From: an uncultured archaeon
GTDB lineage: Archaea; Asgardarchaeota; Thorarchaeia; Thorarchaeales; Thorarchaeaceae
Assembly (NCBI GenBank): GCA_964354495.1
Contig: CAYHAA010000001.1
Coordinates: 457,049-489,048 of the forward strand
Length of the DNA: 32,000 nt
Direction of reading: 5' to 3'
The notes beneath the pieces are model-generated. The model was not told the origin of the DNA and did not search any database. It was given only the letters and a program-made list of their open reading frames with translations. The position numbers were made by a program, and so were the translations under genes. Position 1 is the stretch's first letter. Every line of letters starts with the position of its first letter. This document shows, piece by piece, positions 1-7,673 of the stretch.

Positions 1-39
1 ACAGACTCCACATAGAGGCTCTCAACTCTCGCTTTGACC

Positions 40-181
40 GGCTCTGTAGAATAAGTCACCCAAGATGTCAGAGTGAGTCGTACCCTTACCTTGGAATGTC
101 AGAATCCGAGCATTTGATCGGTGAATCGATGACTCCTCCGGTCTTCTCGACACCAATCCCACCGACTTTTTCTACAGAGCC
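40..181 (-). mobile_element. 142-bp MITE, IS5 family IS903-like TIRs, copy 1
   Basis: 18-bp TIRs GGCTCTGTAGAATAAGTC (40-57) and GACTTTTTCTACAGAGCC (164-181), 1 mismatch. Flanked by direct repeat GCTTTGACC at 31-39 and 182-190 (9-bp TSD). A related copy of the same length lies at 20315-20456. Strand is given relative to copy 2. Confidence 0.9.
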
Positions 182-650
182 GCTTTGACCGCAACGCCTA
201 TATACTTCAGGAGAGGGCAAACATATTAGTTCAATGAAAACGGAGGTGTACGTGTATCAATGATTGCTACTGTTCTTATTAGAGCGGATACCTGCACCAA
301 CGTTGATGGTGTCTGAGCGACATCTACTGCTTCTGTGTGCCTTCATTCGTTTCACGCATCATGTGTGAGGATACTTTGGAGCGCAACGCATCCTGTGGGT
401 TTCTGCTTTTCTGGTTGCCATGAGCCACTAACAAACGATGCGTGTAACTCGTCAATGAGATGAATAAGAAGCGATGCAAAAACACAGACTCGGCAACGAT
501 AATTGCCTAAATGTTCGCACTACATTGAGTGCGAACGCAGAGGAAGACACCAGTCGGATGGAGGGCACATCTAGGCACAGACGGACCTATCAGCCTAACG
601 CCCAACAAATCAGAGAGATCTATTCTCCTTGCTATTCGAGGGTGATCTAA

Positions 651-1469
651 GTGGCTGGCGTAGTGGAGAAGCTGAATCCCAAGAAGCCCAGCGCACTCTC
701 CGTTAAGAGGGACACTCAACGAGGTGACCAACGTGGATGGACCGTTGAGATTAAGGAACTCACTTTGAGCGAGGTCAAGGAAGACGCGATTCGTTTCGCA
801 CTGGCAACCGATGTCGCCTATCAAATAAACGCTGGAAAGGAGGCATCCATCTATGTCGCGTATCATAGAGAGCATCCGATAATTCTGAAGGCATTCAGAT
901 TCTGGCAGACCTCTCAGGCGAAGAAGTCCAAGGGATTCTTTGCTCCGGGCAGAATGCAGGTCCTAGCAGCAAAGGAATATGACCTTCTGTTGTCGTGCTT
1001 CAAGGCAGGAATGCATGTTCCCACTCCAATAGGACGTGTCGGCAACTACTTGACCCAGAGATTCATTGGCGACAACTTGGAGCCGGCTCCTCAACTCAGA
1101 GCTGTTGATCTTGAAGATCCCGAGAGCGTGCTAGATCGAATCCTAGATGATTATCTTGTGATGTATCGAGATGTCCACTATGTCCATGGAGATTTGAGCG
1201 CGTTCAACATTCTCTGGTGGAGAAACACACCTTGGATTATTGATATGCCCCAAGCTTGCTCTGTCGACCCTTGGTCTGATATGAAACAGGTCGAGAGTCT
1301 GCTTCGTCGAGATATCAGCAATGTTCTCAACTACTTCAAGAGATATGGAATATCGAGAGACCTCGATTACATTGTTCGGGTGTTCCTATCCGAATATGTT
1401 CCGGACAACCTCAGGAACTACTCAGAGGAAATTGCCTCCATAGTTGAGGAAGGTGAGATCGATGAGTAG
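651..1469 (+). CDS. RIO-family atypical Ser/Thr protein kinase (paralog 1)
   Basis: GTG start preceded by GAGGGTGA. Motifs AGKEASIY, LK, KEY, VPTP, PAPQL, HGDLSAFNIL and IDMPQ. Confidence 0.9.
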   Translation: MAGVVEKLNPKKPSALSVKRDTQRGDQRGWTVEIKELTLSEVKEDAIRFALATDVAYQINAGKEASIYVAYHREHPIILKAFRFWQTSQAKKSKGFFAPGRMQVLAAKEYDLLLSCFKAGMHVPTPIGRVGNYLTQRFIGDNLEPAPQLRAVDLEDPESVLDRILDDYLVMYRDVHYVHGDLSAFNILWWRNTPWIIDMPQACSVDPWSDMKQVESLLRRDISNVLNYFKRYGISRDLDYIVRVFLSEYVPDNLRNYSEEIASIVEEGEIDE

Positions 1470-2298
1470 AGTTGACAAGTTCAATCCACTGGCAAAGGGG
1501 ACAGCGATAGACCAGAAGCGTGACGCTCTTCGAGGAGGCACTAGCGGCAAGGCTCTCATGCAAGAACCAAAATACGCTGCTATTCGGAGTGATGCCATCA
1601 GCTATGGGCTTGTCACAGATGTTGTATGCCCCATGAGCGCGGGGAAGGAAGCGACTATCTTCTTGGCGAAGTGGAACAGCCACCCAATAGTCCTGAAGTC
1701 TTACAGAATCTGGGCCACTCCCCACAAGTTGTCAATGGGTAAAGGGCATATTCGAGAAGCAAGCGGAAAGAAGACACGCTTTATACTCGGCCTGATAGAG
1801 GACATCGTAGTGAAGGAATACGATATCCTCCAGTCTTGTTTCAAGGCGGGTATCCGAGTACCAACTCCAATCGGAAGAGTTGCGAACTACCTCACAATGC
1901 GCTTCATAGGTGACGAAGAAACTCCAGCTCCACAACTCCGAGAAGTGCAACTAGAGAATCCCGAATCGGTACTGAATCAGGTTCTTGACCAATACCTCAT
2001 CATGTATCGGGATGTGCACTATGTTCATGGTGACTTGAGTGCGTTCAATATTCTCTGGTGGAGCAACCTACCTTGGTTTATTGATGTGCCGCAGGGAGAG
2101 CCCGTCGGGGTTCATTCGGACATGAACAGAATTGAGTTGTTGCTTCGTAGAGATATAGCGAATGTCCTCAACTATTTCGAGAGCTATGGAATTGAAAGAG
2201 ATTCTGAGCAGATACTCGATGTGTTTCTAAAGGCATACATCCCTGATAATTTGAGAAACTATAGAGAATTGCGAAATGAAGGCATAGATTTTCTATAG
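1462..2298 (+). CDS. RIO-family atypical Ser/Thr protein kinase (paralog 2)
   Basis: ATG at 1462 after GGTGA, overlapping the upstream gene by 8 nt. Motifs AGKEATIF, KEY, VPTP, HGDLSAFNIL and IDVPQ. Confidence 0.9.
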   Translation: MSRVDKFNPLAKGTAIDQKRDALRGGTSGKALMQEPKYAAIRSDAISYGLVTDVVCPMSAGKEATIFLAKWNSHPIVLKSYRIWATPHKLSMGKGHIREASGKKTRFILGLIEDIVVKEYDILQSCFKAGIRVPTPIGRVANYLTMRFIGDEETPAPQLREVQLENPESVLNQVLDQYLIMYRDVHYVHGDLSAFNILWWSNLPWFIDVPQGEPVGVHSDMNRIELLLRRDIANVLNYFESYGIERDSEQILDVFLKAYIPDNLRNYRELRNEGIDFL

Positions 2299-2439
2299 TC
2301 AGGGAGCTCTGCTACTCGGTATTACTCTCTGGAGTCTTGTCCCGATACAGCCGCGACAGACCATTGGAGCCTTGCTGCGGCGATCCGGATATTGTGCAAT
2401 TTGGCCCTCATGGTCACCAGCCTCACAAAATAAGGTAGT

Positions 2440-2461
2440 GAGCCTCAGGTGCCTGAGGCTC
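2440..2461. terminator. Perfect inverted repeat between convergent genes, possible terminator
   Basis: GAGCCTCAGG-TG-CCTGAGGCTC lies between the RIO2 stop (2298) and the ACT gene stop (2536). No clear adjacent T-tract. Confidence 0.35.
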
Positions 2462-2535
2462 TCGAATTTCAATTGCGGATGGTTGCTCGGCTTTATTTGT
2501 TATCCAAGGCGCCGAATTTCTCAGAATGCCTGAGC

Positions 2536-2952
2536 TTACTGTACCTTCCGCAAGACGACCCTAGATACTCCAGGGATCTTCTTCAGACTCTCTTCGAGTT
2601 CGTTGAGCGTTACAACCAGCTGATCTGGGATGAAGTAACATTCGTAGTAGCAGCGCTCACCACGTAGGCAAACTCCAGTCGTGAAGATTATGTCGCTTAG
2701 TTTGGCATCGTTGAACGCGAAGTTCAACTGCTTCAAGAAGTTTCGAGAAAGATCACTGATCTCGATCCTCAGCAAATAGATATCCTCGCTAGCGACAGGG
2801 AATAGCTTTACGACCTTGTCCTTGTGATGTAGCACCATCAATGCGGCTTTCTCCCCGATGTCAGCTACGAATTCGGCTGGAAACTCCACTGGTTTCCCAG
2901 CAGTCAATCTCAAAATAATGGCAGATGTCGCGCCTTCCTTATCCAATACCAA
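2536..2952 (-). CDS. ACT-domain protein, possibly with an N-terminal AbrB-like swapped hairpin
   Basis: The C-terminal ~80 aa have an ACT-like pattern (LLRIEISD...LNELEESLKKIPGVSRV). TATA-like TTATATA near 3004-3010 on the minus strand. TTG start is uncertain. Confidence 0.6.
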   Translation of the reverse strand: MVLDKEGATSAIILRLTAGKPVEFPAEFVADIGEKAALMVLHHKDKVVKLFPVASEDIYLLRIEISDLSRNFLKQLNFAFNDAKLSDIIFTTGVCLRGERCYYECYFIPDQLVVTLNELEESLKKIPGVSRVVLRKVQ

Positions 2953-3162
2953 AGATACAACACGTCCTTCTTGGTGGTTACATCGCTTTGATGTGTTCTG
3001 TGTATATATAACTTATCTGTTGAAAGGTCATCGCAGATTTCAGTCCACTTTGGGGCTGATATTCTGCATTTTCCCCCGAAAAACGACCCCTCCACATCGA
3101 TATCACGAGTCGGAATCTATAATTGGCATCAATGCAATCTGGCATCTCAGGAGTGAGAGTAC

Positions 3163-3873
3163 TTGAATCCTCGTCTGTCCCAGCTCTTGGGTATCATTCT
3201 TGTAATCACCAGTGGTGCAATGACTCTGATAGTCTATCAGGGAGTACTTGCTGTGCCTCAGGATCTACCGATGCTCGTTGCCTCTGGATTAATCGCTTGG
3301 GGTATCTTTGCTTTGCCAGAACTAATAATTGGACTCTGGCTGACTTTAAGGGGAACTCGTGAGGCACGGATTGGCGATGTTTCAGGTGACCTCATTCCAC
3401 TTGTTCAGCGAGAGGGACGAATCGGTGTTGCAGCAGCCGCACGAGAACTTGGTGCTGACCCCGAGGCTGTGGCCGATGCTGCAGAGAAGCTCTCTCGACG
3501 GCGACTCCCTCTTGTATACCTCGCCCGACAGTCTTCGGAGATAGTCAGTCCAGGCTCTGTATCATTGGAAGAGAGCCTTCTCCACCTGCTCTATGCACAG
3601 CGGAGAATGACCTTCGACCAAGTGTCCAAAGTGACGAATTCAACTGATGCGCAGATCATTGAAGCAGTCGCCAAGCTGACACAGCGTGGGAAGTTCAGAG
3701 GGACGATTGACCGCAATTCGCGCGTAATCTATACGCAGGAGGCTGTCTCACAGCTTCGAAAGGCAGTGACGTCATGTCCCAATTGCTCTGGAAAGCTAGA
3801 GGCGCCGGTCCTACCCGGTGAAGAAGAGACTTGCCCGTACTGCGGCCACATGATCACGAATAATGCAGAGTAG
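3163..3873 (+). CDS. Membrane protein with two TM helices, winged-helix (PCI-like) domains and a C-terminal zinc ribbon
   Basis: Two N-terminal hydrophobic segments. Segment LIEAVAKLTQRGKFRGTID-like (IIEAVAKLTQRGKFRGTIDRNSRVIY) resembles a PCI winged-helix end. CPNC...CPYC at the C-terminus. Confidence 0.65.
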   Translation: MNPRLSQLLGIILVITSGAMTLIVYQGVLAVPQDLPMLVASGLIAWGIFALPELIIGLWLTLRGTREARIGDVSGDLIPLVQREGRIGVAAAARELGADPEAVADAAEKLSRRRLPLVYLARQSSEIVSPGSVSLEESLLHLLYAQRRMTFDQVSKVTNSTDAQIIEAVAKLTQRGKFRGTIDRNSRVIYTQEAVSQLRKAVTSCPNCSGKLEAPVLPGEEETCPYCGHMITNNAE

Positions 3874-3919
3874 CCTGAACCCAGATACTCGGCAGACGTC
3901 AACGAATGACAGGTTAGAT

Positions 3920-5041
3920 TCACATCATTCTCCATATCTCTGAACAGTTGTCCCCTCTTACAACAACATATTCGCTGAACAAGCTTGCAGAGAGGCATGA
4001 GTGATTCGGCAGTATTCGCACAAGCATCTTTGGAGAAAAGCTGATGTCTGCCTGTCTAGTTAGGGCAATCCTCCCATGCTCCTGTGAAAGCGAATCGAGG
4101 ATAATCCCGCTCGCCAATCTGTTCTCATCGTAATCAGTGAAAACCTGACCAAAACCACATTTCGGATTGATATGAACCGGGCCAACATCTTTTGAGAGAG
4201 CAGTAGCTCCTGCATCTATCACAACTCTATCTGGGTAAGTGCCAATTATACTTGCTAGGACGGTGAATGCACAATCACTCACTTTACACGTGCCAAGCGC
4301 CACTTGTGTGTAGTCGAAAAATACGTAATTGCCAGGACGAATCTCAGTTATCTCTTCATCGAATGTATCAGCAACTACGACAGTAGGTGTTGATCCAATA
4401 CTCACAATTTCTGGAGGGAACCCCTCTCTCCTCAAGGTCTTGGCGAACCTCGCCATCACCTCTTGCTCCTGCTGTGCAATCCTCTTTATCTCATCAACGC
4501 TCTTCGCGTTGTAGGAATGCCCTGCATGAGTCAAAATGCCCTTGAATCTTAGATTGGAGTTTTCATTGATCTTCTTCACAAGACTCACTGCAGTATTGCT
4601 GGCGGGATCTACGCCACACCGGTGAAGGCCACAGTCGACTTTCACCATGACATCTAGCTCAGTCTGAGCTACTTGGCTAGATGCTTCTAGGTCATCGACT
4701 ATACGTGGATCATCGACTATGACCTTCAGAGATATTCTTGATGCAAGCTCAAGAGCCTTTGGAATCTTGTTCCTCGATATAGGGACTGCATATGTGATAT
4801 CTTCAAACCCGGAATCAGCAAAGACCTCGGCTTCCCATAGAGTGGAAACAGTAATCCCCTTGGCACCCTTGTCGATCTGCATCTTGCCAATCTCTACGCA
4901 CTTATGCGTCTTAATGTGCGGGCGCAGATTGACATTGTTGTCTCTGGCAATCTCTGCCATCCCATCGATATTTGTTTTGAGCCTCCTGTAGTCCAAGAGA
5001 GCAACTGGTGTCATCAGACGTGAGAATTGCTCCATTGACAT
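3920..5041 (-). CDS. DSD1 / D-threonine aldolase family PLP-dependent enzyme (alanine racemase fold)
   Basis: Motifs TPVALLD, LRPHIKTHK (PLP Lys), THAGHSY, GSTPT, EIRPGNY, IDAGATAL, SQEHG and PNHSC. Confidence 0.9.
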   Translation of the reverse strand: MSMEQFSRLMTPVALLDYRRLKTNIDGMAEIARDNNVNLRPHIKTHKCVEIGKMQIDKGAKGITVSTLWEAEVFADSGFEDITYAVPISRNKIPKALELASRISLKVIVDDPRIVDDLEASSQVAQTELDVMVKVDCGLHRCGVDPASNTAVSLVKKINENSNLRFKGILTHAGHSYNAKSVDEIKRIAQQEQEVMARFAKTLRREGFPPEIVSIGSTPTVVVADTFDEEITEIRPGNYVFFDYTQVALGTCKVSDCAFTVLASIIGTYPDRVVIDAGATALSKDVGPVHINPKCGFGQVFTDYDENRLASGIILDSLSQEHGRIALTRQADISFSPKMLVRILPNHSCLSASLFSEYVVVRGDNCSEIWRMM

Positions 5042-5146
5042 TTAAGTCACCATCGTGTTTCTCAAAGGGTGGAACTAATAACTCTCACGCTGGACGTGGG
5101 AAACCATTTTAGTCTCCTCGGCTTTTCTTAAGAAACGGTGTTCTAA

Positions 5147-5650
5147 TTGGATACGATTCCGAAAATTCTCATTCAAATGCTTGAACATGAGAGTGCTCAG
5201 GCTCGATCAGTTCTCTCTGCAGCCGAAGGTATAGATCCTCACTACGTCCCTTGCAGTAGCATAAGACCTCTAGAGGATTTGGCAAATCACCTTGCTCAAA
5301 TCCCAATCATTGATTACAAGTTCTATACTACTAAGGAATTCAGTTCGTTCGAACAGGTCCATACCTTCGAGAAAGAGCTCAGGCGTTCAGCAATTGGAGA
5401 CCTGCTTATAGTGTTCGATGAGGGCGTTGCGGCAATCGTAAAACATCTGAAACGTCTGTCAGATGAGAGCGTCCTGAAGAAAGACTTGAAAGCATTTTAC
5501 GAACAGGGCCCTAAGAAGAGCTGGGCTCAGTGCATCCCTGAAATCACCACACATATCGCGATGCATAAAATGCAGCTCTGGATGTATCTCAAGATGGCTG
5601 GAGCTCCAGTGAGTATGTGGACCTATTATGGCATGTCCGAAAGCAAGTAG
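5147..5650 (+). CDS. DinB/YfiT-like four-helix protein
   Basis: HLAQIP near the N-terminus and HIAMHKMQLWMYLKMAG, matching the DinB H..H/H.GQ..YL..G pattern. TTG start. Confidence 0.75.
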   Translation: MDTIPKILIQMLEHESAQARSVLSAAEGIDPHYVPCSSIRPLEDLANHLAQIPIIDYKFYTTKEFSSFEQVHTFEKELRRSAIGDLLIVFDEGVAAIVKHLKRLSDESVLKKDLKAFYEQGPKKSWAQCIPEITTHIAMHKMQLWMYLKMAGAPVSMWTYYGMSESK

Positions 5651-5656
5651 GTCTAA

Positions 5657-7081
5657 CTAGGTTATGCCATGTTGGTCCCCTCGTATTCGACGACTTAGAT
5701 TCAACCTGACTTCCGCGATCCTCTCTGCTGCTCGGCTCTTCTTCGGCCAGAACTCCCTAATCTCATCGAAGCCATGAACATCCCAATAGAGCGGGCATGC
5801 TCCGTAGCAATACGCGAAGTGTTCGCACTCCTTGCACCCCTGAGGCGTGAAATCCTTGCCTCTCCAGAACCTGCTCGCCCTATTGTACCATACCTTCTCA
5901 AATCCTTCATTCAGGAGGTTTCCAACAGGTTCGCTGAAACTTGAACACGGCAGTAGGCCGCCTTCGGCATCCACTGAGATGAGACCATCACAACACGCAC
6001 AGCTCTTGGCTCCCAGTCCACTTGCGATTGGGTTGAAGAGACAGACTGGAGTAGGCGCGTACCATACGAATTGAATTCCCTTCTTGCTTGCCCTGTGCTT
6101 CACGCGTTTCACAATCTCCCCGATTTCGGAATATTTGATCTGCAACTCCTCGCGCAACAATGCGGCAGTGCCCGTGTAGATCACCATATTCATGCTGAAG
6201 TATGAGAGGTTCAATTCATCAGCCAAAAAATCGACAAGGTCCTCTAGTCTGTCAAGATTCGGACGGCAGATGGTTGAGTTGCAGTGAGTATAGATGTCTG
6301 TTTCTCGCAGGTTCTTGACTCCCTGAATCGTCTGTTCGAATGCGCCGGGAACACTGACGATATGATCGTGTGTCTTTGCATCTGGACCTTCAATTGAGAC
6401 CTGTGCACTGTTCAGACCCGCTTTAACGAGCTTTTTCACAAACTCCTTGTCGCTGCATCGCCGGCCATTTGTAATTAGATTGACTCGGAGCCCTTTCGTC
6501 CTCCCATACGCGATCAACTCGAACAGATCATCGCGGAGGGTGGGCTCTCCTCCCGTGAAGGAGAGACTGGGCGCCTTAGCGTCATCTGCTATAATATCGA
6601 TGACTCTCTTTACTTCCTCTGTTGTCATCTCGTTTGTTTTTCTATAGGGCGAGAACGCATAGCAGAACCTGCAGGCATTGTTGCAGCGATAGGTGAGAGC
6701 AATCTCACTCAGGACGGGGTACTTGATTTCATGCGTCCCGAATGGTACGATTTTGGCAGTCTTGTATGAGTAGATATTCTGATTTCCTGAGACCATGTTT
6801 CTCAGGTCATCTACAAATGAGGCCAGGTCATTCAGAACTACCTGTCTATCAGCGCCTAGGTCGACAAAATGGCTGACGAGCTCCTCGATGCTCTTACCCT
6901 CGAAGAGAAGCCTCAGCATCCGCATGGCTGTCTCGTTCAGGTTCATAACCTTATTCGGTCGCAGGATCAAAAGATTGTCCTCGGGCCGCGGATAGAAGTA
7001 GTCCTTGACTTCTAGTATGAACTCAGGAATCCAAGCGAGGTCCTCAATGGCGTAGTCATAGTGCGGAATCTGTTGAAACAC
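5657..7081 (-). CDS. Radical SAM/SPASM protein with N-terminal PqqD/RRE-like domain
   Basis: CNNACRFC (6662-6685), FTGGEPTLR, ITNG and VSIEG. SPASM cysteines CACC..G....C and CKECEHFAYCYGACP. N-terminal LILRPNKVMNLNETAMRML...SIEELV...DLASFVDDL is PqqD-like. Confidence 0.9.
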   Translation of the reverse strand: MFQQIPHYDYAIEDLAWIPEFILEVKDYFYPRPEDNLLILRPNKVMNLNETAMRMLRLLFEGKSIEELVSHFVDLGADRQVVLNDLASFVDDLRNMVSGNQNIYSYKTAKIVPFGTHEIKYPVLSEIALTYRCNNACRFCYAFSPYRKTNEMTTEEVKRVIDIIADDAKAPSLSFTGGEPTLRDDLFELIAYGRTKGLRVNLITNGRRCSDKEFVKKLVKAGLNSAQVSIEGPDAKTHDHIVSVPGAFEQTIQGVKNLRETDIYTHCNSTICRPNLDRLEDLVDFLADELNLSYFSMNMVIYTGTAALLREELQIKYSEIGEIVKRVKHRASKKGIQFVWYAPTPVCLFNPIASGLGAKSCACCDGLISVDAEGGLLPCSSFSEPVGNLLNEGFEKVWYNRASRFWRGKDFTPQGCKECEHFAYCYGACPLYWDVHGFDEIREFWPKKSRAAERIAEVRLNLSRRIRGDQHGIT

Positions 7082-7212
7082 TTCTATCTCGCTCTCGTTG
7101 AGTTCCTATCATCTTAAGCATTCGGTTCTGATGAAGTGCACGCCCAAGAATCTGAAAGGCTTAAGTATTCCCAGTCTTCTGTTAGAATCAGCGTTGTCGA
7201 GGAGTGTGTTCA

Positions 7213-7608
7213 ATGAGCACAAATGAAATTAAGCTTCCATTTGGTAAAATCAGTCAAAAGAAGTTGATCATGCATTTCAGCGCATACGATATTGACCTCC
7301 CTATCATCGCTGCAGGCATCCGTGAGAGAATGGATGTCTTCCGCGAGCTGGGAGTAGAGTTTGCTGGGTTTGGAACCGACATCCCCGAGAGTATGTCTGA
7401 GCAGTCACCAGCTTTAGTGAAGTGTTTCTTCGAATATGTTGGTGAAGATGGAGATGCGAACCTGGTCCTCAAGCGTGTCTACCACTTAGTCTGGGGCGGA
7501 ATGATTGCGATGTTCCCTGACATTGAGGAGTGGGCGACAGCCAAGGCTGACCTCTCTAATTTGACGCTTGCACAGGCTGAGATCACTAGAGCAAGGAAAG
7601 AGGATTGA
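7213..7608 (+). CDS. Conserved-looking hypothetical protein (131 aa)
   Basis: ATG at 7213 after GAGGAG, normal codon usage. No recognised motif. Confidence 0.7.
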   Translation: MSTNEIKLPFGKISQKKLIMHFSAYDIDLPIIAAGIRERMDVFRELGVEFAGFGTDIPESMSEQSPALVKCFFEYVGEDGDANLVLKRVYHLVWGGMIAMFPDIEEWATAKADLSNLTLAQAEITRARKED

Positions 7609-7673
7609 AAGAATCAACACGCCTAGTGGAGAAGTTTGAGTTACAATATGGACTATCACTGCGAGGGTGAAAC

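Noticed and set aside
260-316. Short ORF MIATVLIRADTCTNVDGV after a GGAGGTG motif
   Set aside because: Only 18 aa, with long SD spacing and no conservation evidence.
507-875. 122-aa minus-strand ORF and other antisense ORFs over the RIO genes (1411-1725, 1732-1950)
   Set aside because: They overlap well-supported kinase genes and have no motifs.
2323-2412. 29-aa minus-strand ORF MRAKLHNIRIAAARLQWSVAAVSGQDSRE, or an ncRNA in 2299-2535
   Set aside because: The SD is too close to the ATG, and no SRP, RNase P or tRNA signature motifs were recognised.
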